A stretch of 39,849 nt of DNA from a virus: the IMG/VR virus record IMGVR_UViG_3300045988_160528. One strand, written 5' to 3'. Position 1 is the first letter of the stretch, and each line of letters begins with the position of its first letter. This document shows, piece after piece, positions 35,219-39,849 of this stretch. Under the pieces are notes generated by a model. It worked only from the letters and a program-made list of their open reading frames with translations, did not search any database and had not been told where the DNA came from. The position numbers and the translations under genes are program-made.

Positions 35219-35568
35219 TGGCATTCGGAGGATTTTATACGGGATATCCCGCAACTTATGCGCCGCTGCAGACGGCGATTCCGCAGCAGCAGTCCCAGCC
35301 TGCCGGACTTATATGGGTGCAGGGGATAGAGGCTGCAAAGGCTTACCCGGTAGCGCCGGGAAATACTGTGCAGTTATGGGACAGCGAGGCTCCGGCGGTC
35401 TACCTCAAGGCGGCAGATCATAACGGTATGCCGCAGCTCCGGGCATTTGATTTGGTGGAGCGCGTTTCCGCCGCGCCCCAGGCGAAAGAGTCAGACTATG
35501 TGACAAGACAGGAATTCGAGGAGCTGAAGAAGCTTATTTGCGACAGGCAGGAGGCAGAAAATGAGTAA
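35218..35568 (+). CDS. Hypothetical accessory protein.
   Basis: taATGg overlap with the upstream gene. Confidence 0.45.
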   Translation: MAFGGFYTGYPATYAPLQTAIPQQQSQPAGLIWVQGIEAAKAYPVAPGNTVQLWDSEAPAVYLKAADHNGMPQLRAFDLVERVSAAPQAKESDYVTRQEFEELKKLICDRQEAENE

Positions 35569-35770
35569 TCCTTTTTACAACGCATTCGGCAGTCAGGTCG
35601 GAAATGATCCCATGTCGCGGATGATAAGCGAATTCAAGAGGTTTTCGGAGAGCTTTAAGGGCGATCCGAGACAGGAAATACAGAGGCTTCTGGACAGCGG
35701 CGAAATGACGCAGCAGCAGCTTAACCGGCTGCAGTCCATTGCCGGACAGTTTCAGCATCTTTTTAAATAG
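35561..35770 (+). CDS. Hypothetical small protein.
   Basis: ATGA overlap. Confidence 0.4.
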   Translation: MSNPFYNAFGSQVGNDPMSRMISEFKRFSESFKGDPRQEIQRLLDSGEMTQQQLNRLQSIAGQFQHLFK

Positions 35771-35820
35771 TTCTTAACGTGCGCGCGTGAAAGATAAATA
35801 AAAAAACAAAGGAGACTATT

Positions 35821-36534
35821 ATGGTAAACGAAGGAATGACCCCTGCGGATCTCGCAGCGGTTACAAGAAACAACAATGGCGGCGACGCTTTCGGCGGAAA
35901 CGGTGCATGGTGGATCATCGTACTGTTTCTGTTCATGTGGGGGCGCGGCGGCTGGGGCGGTGCCGACGGCAACGCTTTCCAGGGCTATGCTACCCGCGCG
36001 GACATTCAGGAGGGCTTTGCTACCAACAGTATTCAGAGCGGCATACAGAACCTGCAGAACAGCATGTGTGAATCTACTTATGCCGTTACCAATGCTGTCA
36101 ACAACGGATTCTCCGCAAATCAGCTCCAGCTTTGCAACGGATTTAATTCCCTGCAGGCTCAGCTTGCGCAGTGCTGCTGCGACAATAAGTCGGCTATTGC
36201 GGACCTTAAGTACACTATGGCTACCGAGTCGTGTGCGAACCGCACCGCTATAGGCGAGGGCGTGCGCGACATAATCGACAGCCAGCGTGCAGGTGTGCAG
36301 ACTATCCTTGACAAGATGTGTCAGTCCGAGATCGATGCGCTCAAGCAGCGCAACACCGATCTTCTTGCCGCAAACGGAGTTCTGCAGAATCAGATCAGCC
36401 AGAATGCGCAGAATGCGTTTATTACGCAGGCACTGGCAAATCAGACCGCAGCTCTCAGCCCTACGCCCATTCCGGCGTATGTGGTGCAGAATCCTAACTG
36501 CTACGGCAGTTGTGCGGGCTGCGGCTCTTATTAA
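35821..36534 (+). CDS. Membrane-anchored Gln/Asn- and Cys-rich protein of unknown function.
   Basis: Strong RBS AAAGGAG. The N-terminus is Gly-rich with a TM helix (GNGAWWIIVLFLFMWGRGGWGG). The motifs CCC and NPNCYGSCAGCGSY are present. Confidence 0.55.
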   Translation: MVNEGMTPADLAAVTRNNNGGDAFGGNGAWWIIVLFLFMWGRGGWGGADGNAFQGYATRADIQEGFATNSIQSGIQNLQNSMCESTYAVTNAVNNGFSANQLQLCNGFNSLQAQLAQCCCDNKSAIADLKYTMATESCANRTAIGEGVRDIIDSQRAGVQTILDKMCQSEIDALKQRNTDLLAANGVLQNQISQNAQNAFITQALANQTAALSPTPIPAYVVQNPNCYGSCAGCGSY

Positions 36535-36545
36535 GGAGGCGGACT

Positions 36546-36977
36546 ATGCCCGAATATACAAGTAATGCCGTTCAGAACGTAGCTTCCGGCGGCAATGTAC
36601 TGTTTACTGAAACGGCGGTTCCCTGCACTCGCGGATATGTTATCCACAGAGAGGGCGCGGGCGTTATCACTTTACGCGGTATTGTCAACTCCTGTGCAGC
36701 ATCGGCACGGTACAAGGTGACCTTCGGCGCCAACATTGCGGTGCCTGCCGGCGGAACTGCCGGCGCTATATCTATGGCGCTGACAATAAACGGTGAAGCC
36801 GTACCCGCTTCCTCTGCTATTGTAACTCCGGCAGCAGTCGGGGATTACTGGAATATAACGGAGGGGATATTCATAACCGTGCCGAGAGGGTGCTGCACGC
36901 AGATTTCGGTCAAAAACACAAGCGCGCAGGCGATAAATGTGCAAAACGCAAACATTATCGTCGAGCGCGTAGCGTAA
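36546..36977 (+). CDS. Predicted beta-sandwich protein reminiscent of the BclA C-terminal / C1q-like domain.
   Basis: AAGGAGG is upstream. The similarity rests on VASGGNVLFTETAV...VITLRG...YKVTFGANIAVPAGGTAGAISMALTINGEAV. Similarity was judged from memory only. Confidence 0.45.
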   Translation: MPEYTSNAVQNVASGGNVLFTETAVPCTRGYVIHREGAGVITLRGIVNSCAASARYKVTFGANIAVPAGGTAGAISMALTINGEAVPASSAIVTPAAVGDYWNITEGIFITVPRGCCTQISVKNTSAQAINVQNANIIVERVA

Positions 36978-36987
36978 GGAGGACGTT

Positions 36988-37350
36988 ATGGAAAATATGG
37001 ACAGGCTGAAAGAAACCCTGTGCTCCGAGCTGGAGAATTATTCTCACAAGGAGAATCTGTCTATGGCAGATATCGAAGCAGTCCACAAGTTTTCCGACAC
37101 GCTGAAGAATCTTCTCAAAATCGAGAAGCTCAAAAGCGGAGAGCGGGATTCGAGAGGCAGCTACAGCAGAGAGGGCGACCGTCATGACGGCGGTTACAGC
37201 AACATGCATTACGTCCGCGGACATTACAGCCGTGACGAAGATGAGAGCGGGCGGCGCAGAGACACGCGCAGCAAGCTCATACAGCTTATGAACAGTGCTG
37301 ATGATGACCGCGAACGCGAAATGCTCCGCCGCTGCGTTGAGATGTTTTGA
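36988..37350 (+). CDS. Charged hypothetical protein.
   Basis: RBS GTAAGGAGG. It is the last gene of the accessory operon, before a terminator. Confidence 0.5.
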   Translation: MENMDRLKETLCSELENYSHKENLSMADIEAVHKFSDTLKNLLKIEKLKSGERDSRGSYSREGDRHDGGYSNMHYVRGHYSRDEDESGRRRDTRSKLIQLMNSADDDREREMLRRCVEMF

Positions 37351-37543
37351 TACGTCTATAATGATGTCAAAGCCTTGAAAAGCGTTGTTGTGATTGGGAT
37401 TTGGCATGGTTCAAGTCCAGTCACTCAGACCAACGCAAAAACCGCTTAAATCCTTAGGTTTCAAGGGATTTGAGCGGTTTTCTTTTTCTCGTTTTTAACC
37501 GATTTTCGCCTGTTTTTAACGAAAAATGATGTCAAAATTGATG
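37351..37543. other. Candidate attP region.
   Basis: A non-coding stretch adjacent to the integrase gene. GATGTCA(AA) motifs lie at 37370-37382 and 37523-37548. gtttttaac occurs twice. A tRNA 3'-end-like stretch, ggttcaagtcc...cactcagacca, lies at 37408-37432. Confidence 0.35.
37437..37490. terminator. Bidirectional intrinsic terminator.
   Basis: A 15-bp stem aaaccgcttaaatcc/ggatttgagcggttt is followed by ttttctttttctcgttttt. Confidence 0.7.
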
Positions 37544-38530
37544 TCACGAATTAAGAAAAGAATTGAGCTGCTCGGCTACGTCGTCGAGGCGGCTCTCTCT
37601 TATGTGCGTATATATGTCCATTGTCATTTTCAAGCTGGAGTGTCCGAGAAGCCTCTGCGCGATCTTAACGTCAACCCCGGCATCGTACAGCATGGTGGCA
37701 TACGCATGTCTCAGCTGGTGCGGTGTTACCTCTATTTCAAGGCGTTTGCAATATTTATCCCAGAGGGTCTTGAAACGCCTGAGGGTTATATCATCAAACA
37801 CAGCACCTGTTTTGTTTTTGGGTATCTGCTCCCTGAGAGCTTTAACAAGCGGGACCGTTCGTTTGCCTGCGTGGGTTTTCGTGCGGTGGACAAGGCGCGG
37901 CTCGTTGGACTCGAATATTATCTCTTTATCTATATTGACTGTTCCCTTTTCAAAATCAAAGTCCTCATATGTCAGCGCAAGCGCTTCCCCGCGCCGGCAG
38001 CCTGTATATAATAATATCTGCGGATAGAGCCATTCTCTGTCCGCTTTTATTTTTTTAATGGTTTCGTCGTCCGGAGGCAGGCGCAATTCCTTTGACAGCC
38101 CTTTGGGGATCTTTGTGACGGTTGCCGGATTGGTGCGGCACATGCCGCGGAGCATTCCGTATTTATATATGGTTGACACTACCGTTTTTTGAGTTTTGAC
38201 AGCCTTTAGTGAGTAGTTCTGCCTTTTCAGTGTCTCCAGCAGGGCTTGTATTTTCATCGGCTCTATATCGTCTGCAGATTCTTTCCCGAACGCATCGAGC
38301 GCCCGCGCAAGGGACGAGCGATAGCAGTTCCTTGTACCGGGGGCGAAGCCGTCCCAATATTCATCCTGCCATGCCTCGGCGATCTCGGCGAAGGTTCTCG
38401 GGCGGGATTTGTCTTTTTCGTATGCCTGCAGCTTTTCATATGCTTCGACCCTGGTGTCGCCGTAGAAATACTTTCGTTTGCCGTCGACAGTTTTGGCTAT
38501 CTGAAACCGTCCGTCTTTTCTTTTTTTCAT
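37544..38530 (-). CDS. int: Tyrosine site-specific integrase.
   Basis: Catalytic motifs TGCRRGEAL, HQLRHAYAT and LGHSSLKMTMDIYTHI. RBS AAGGAGA on the minus strand. Confidence 0.95.
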   Translation of the reverse strand: MKKRKDGRFQIAKTVDGKRKYFYGDTRVEAYEKLQAYEKDKSRPRTFAEIAEAWQDEYWDGFAPGTRNCYRSSLARALDAFGKESADDIEPMKIQALLETLKRQNYSLKAVKTQKTVVSTIYKYGMLRGMCRTNPATVTKIPKGLSKELRLPPDDETIKKIKADREWLYPQILLYTGCRRGEALALTYEDFDFEKGTVNIDKEIIFESNEPRLVHRTKTHAGKRTVPLVKALREQIPKNKTGAVFDDITLRRFKTLWDKYCKRLEIEVTPHQLRHAYATMLYDAGVDVKIAQRLLGHSSLKMTMDIYTHIRESRLDDVAEQLNSFLNS

Positions 38531-38539
38531 ATTTTCTCC

Positions 38540-38959
38540 TTAATGTCTTATCCAGCCTATGTTTCCGCAGAGGGTATCTATTAATATTGCGGCAAACAGA
38601 AGGACAAGCACAACTCCGAGAGCTATCGCAATTATCATTTTGTCTCTTTTAAGCGACCGGAGATATCCGGCGTAATTGGCGTGCAGCTCGCGCAGACGGT
38701 CCGCATAAAACCTTTTCAACATTTTTATGCATTCCTCCGATTCTTCCTCACAGTCAATTTTGACGTCGAATTCGACGAGGTCGTTCATGGTATATCCCAT
38801 AGCGGTGACTATGCGGTAGAGGGTGTCATAGCGCGGGTCGGGCGTTCTTCCCGTGAGCACCTTTCGCACCGTCGCTTCGGGCAGATCGGCGGCAAGAGCT
38901 ATTTCGGTGCATGTCATACCGGAGGCTTCTTTCATCTTTTCAAGTTTTGTTTCGATCAT
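38540..38959 (-). CDS. XRE-family HTH regulator with a C-terminal transmembrane helix.
   Basis: HTH segment TCTEIALAADLPEATVRKVL. The C-terminus is MIIAIALGVVLVLLFAAILI. RBS GGAGTGA. Confidence 0.65.
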   Translation of the reverse strand: MIETKLEKMKEASGMTCTEIALAADLPEATVRKVLTGRTPDPRYDTLYRIVTAMGYTMNDLVEFDVKIDCEEESEECIKMLKRFYADRLRELHANYAGYLRSLKRDKMIIAIALGVVLVLLFAAILIDTLCGNIGWIRH

Positions 38960-39106
38960 TTTTGATCACTCCGTTCGTCTAATTGTACGGGAAGACCGTC
39001 AAAAACGACGGTCTTCGGTAAAACTTGTCAGTTTCTATTTTTCCGGGAATGTGCTAATGTCGATGCAGGCGGACTGCGGAATTTCTGAAGAAAGGAGGAG
39101 ATGTTA

Positions 39107-39238
39107 TGACAGACAGGACGATAAGAAGAATTATACGCACTTTCCAAAAGCTCGATCCCGCGCAGCGGGAAATGTACATAGAGCTTATGCGTATTGTTAT
39201 GAAGTTTGCTGAAAAGCAAGACAAAGAGACAAGGTGAG
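39107..39238 (+). CDS. 43-aa basic helical mini-protein.
   Basis: Strong RBS AAAGGAGG 6 nt before the ATG. A hairpin follows. Not in the ORF track. Confidence 0.35.
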
Positions 39239-39323
39239 CGGTCGAACAGCCCTGCGGTTTGCCGTGGGGCTGTTTCTATGGTCCCACAGGAACGAACATT
39301 TGTATAAATAGAAGCTTATGATT

Positions 39324-39689
39324 TTACTTTATTCCGGTTACAAAGTCCATTATCCTTCTGAATATTCTGATTTCCTGCTGAGTCGGTATCAGTTCCTGTC
39401 CTTCCGACTTGCCATAGCATGATGTTTCCCTGTATTTGAAAATAAAGCAGTCAGTAATTGTATTGCCTTGCACTTCGATATGCACTTCAAAAACCAAACC
39501 GCTGATTTCCCACTTTTCAAAGAGAACAGGTGTTATGCCGAACATTTCAAGCTGTTCTTCGTCATACTCACAGCAATATGCAACATATTCGTCGTCGCCG
39601 TTTTCATCAGCGATTGTAATAATTCTGTCTTCATCGAACGACTTTCCCTTGTAAGCGCTTGCAATTTCAACATCATCTAACTTTTTCAT
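39324..39689 (-). CDS. Acidic hypothetical protein co-transcribed downstream of the repressor; candidate superinfection-exclusion or accessory function.
   Basis: GGGAGCG is 6 nt before the ATG at 39689 (minus strand). It overlaps the repressor stop region. Confidence 0.5.
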   Translation of the reverse strand: MKKLDDVEIASAYKGKSFDEDRIITIADENGDDEYVAYCCEYDEEQLEMFGITPVLFEKWEISGLVFEVHIEVQGNTITDCFIFKYRETSCYGKSEGQELIPTQQEIRIFRRIMDFVTGIK

Positions 39690-39702
39690 ATAATCGCTCC
39701 CG

Positions 39703-39849
39703 TTATTTCTCATCTGCGATGGCAGAGATTATTTTATAAGCTGTTTTCAGCTGCTCCTCTGACATCTGCGAAAGCAGATCGCGGAGACGTTTTTCGTCCT
39801 CGGGGATATCCTCCCTTTCCGGTGAGGGAGTTTTACCGAGCAGATAATC
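39703..39849 (-). CDS. C-terminal end of the XRE repressor gene, the continuation of 1..258 across the circular junction.
   Basis: Minus-strand reading gives ...RLRDLLSQMSEEQLKTAYKIISAIADEK* with the stop at 39703-39705. Positions 39766-39849 duplicate 1-84. Confidence 0.7.
   Translation of the reverse strand, partial: DYLLGKTPSPEREDIPEDEKRLRDLLSQMSEEQLKTAYKIISAIADEK
39766..39849. repeat. 84-nt terminal duplication of window positions 1-84 (an artefact of circular assembly or terminal redundancy).
   Basis: The strings are identical by eye: ctgcgaaagcagatcgcggagacgtttttcgtcctcggggatatcctccctttccggtgagggagttttaccgagcagataatc. Confidence 0.9.

Noticed and set aside
37392-37432. An intact tRNA gene
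   Set aside because: Only a T-loop/acceptor-like 3' portion is present. No matching 5' acceptor strand or anticodon arm was found, so it is at most an attP core fragment.
1-39849. Reading the 84-nt terminal repeats as attL/attR of an integrated prophage
   Set aside because: The repeat lies inside the repressor coding sequence, and int with its att-like region is 2 kb from the end. Circular permutation explains it better.
1-39849. CRISPR arrays, rRNA, or reverse-transcriptase/DGR elements
   Set aside because: No regularly spaced direct repeats, no rRNA-like segments, and no YxDD-type RT motif were seen in any frame.

Overview
The window is a complete, circularly permuted temperate phage genome of about 39.77 kb. 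The last 84 nt (39766-39849) repeat the first 84 nt, and the CI-like XRE repressor gene is only intact across that junction. GC content is about 50% and the RBS/codon style looks Firmicutes/Clostridia-like.

Gene order, clockwise from the genetic switch:
- Lysogeny switch: a divergent XRE repressor and a near-consensus sigma-A promoter, TTGACA-17-TATACT, with two 15-bp palindromic operators, followed by a 325-nt structured leader.
- Early/recombination module: Gp157-like, Rad52/Sak-like annealing protein, NinB-like, HNH-like, wHTH, SSB.
- Replication: a DUF4373/DnaD-like replisome organizer with three internal iterons (candidate ori), then many small Cys-rich early proteins and a RusA resolvase.
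- An opposite-strand two-gene moron, flanked by a bidirectional terminator.
- Packaging and head: small and large terminase, portal, Prp-type cysteine protease, scaffold and major capsid. Both scaffold and capsid carry an N-terminal F-x-L-Q-x-F-A motif that looks like a Prp cleavage site.
- Virion module with a podovirus-like (T7-order) layout and no tube, sheath or tape-measure genes: a 740-aa tail protein, a 360-aa protein, a 3356-aa giant polyvalent protein (zincin HExxH, Gly-rich hydrophobic segments, an FKRWFGDW block) and a collagen-like tail fibre.
- Lysis cassette: TM protein, holin, Amidase_2 endolysin, small TM protein, then a sigma-70 region-4-like mini-protein.
- A terminator-bounded six-gene accessory operon of unknown function between the lysis genes and the integrase.
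- attP candidate, tyrosine integrase, an HTH-XRE protein with a C-terminal TM helix, a 43-aa ORF, and a 121-aa acidic protein co-transcribed with the repressor.

All product calls rest on motifs read by eye and recalled family signatures. No database search was run.
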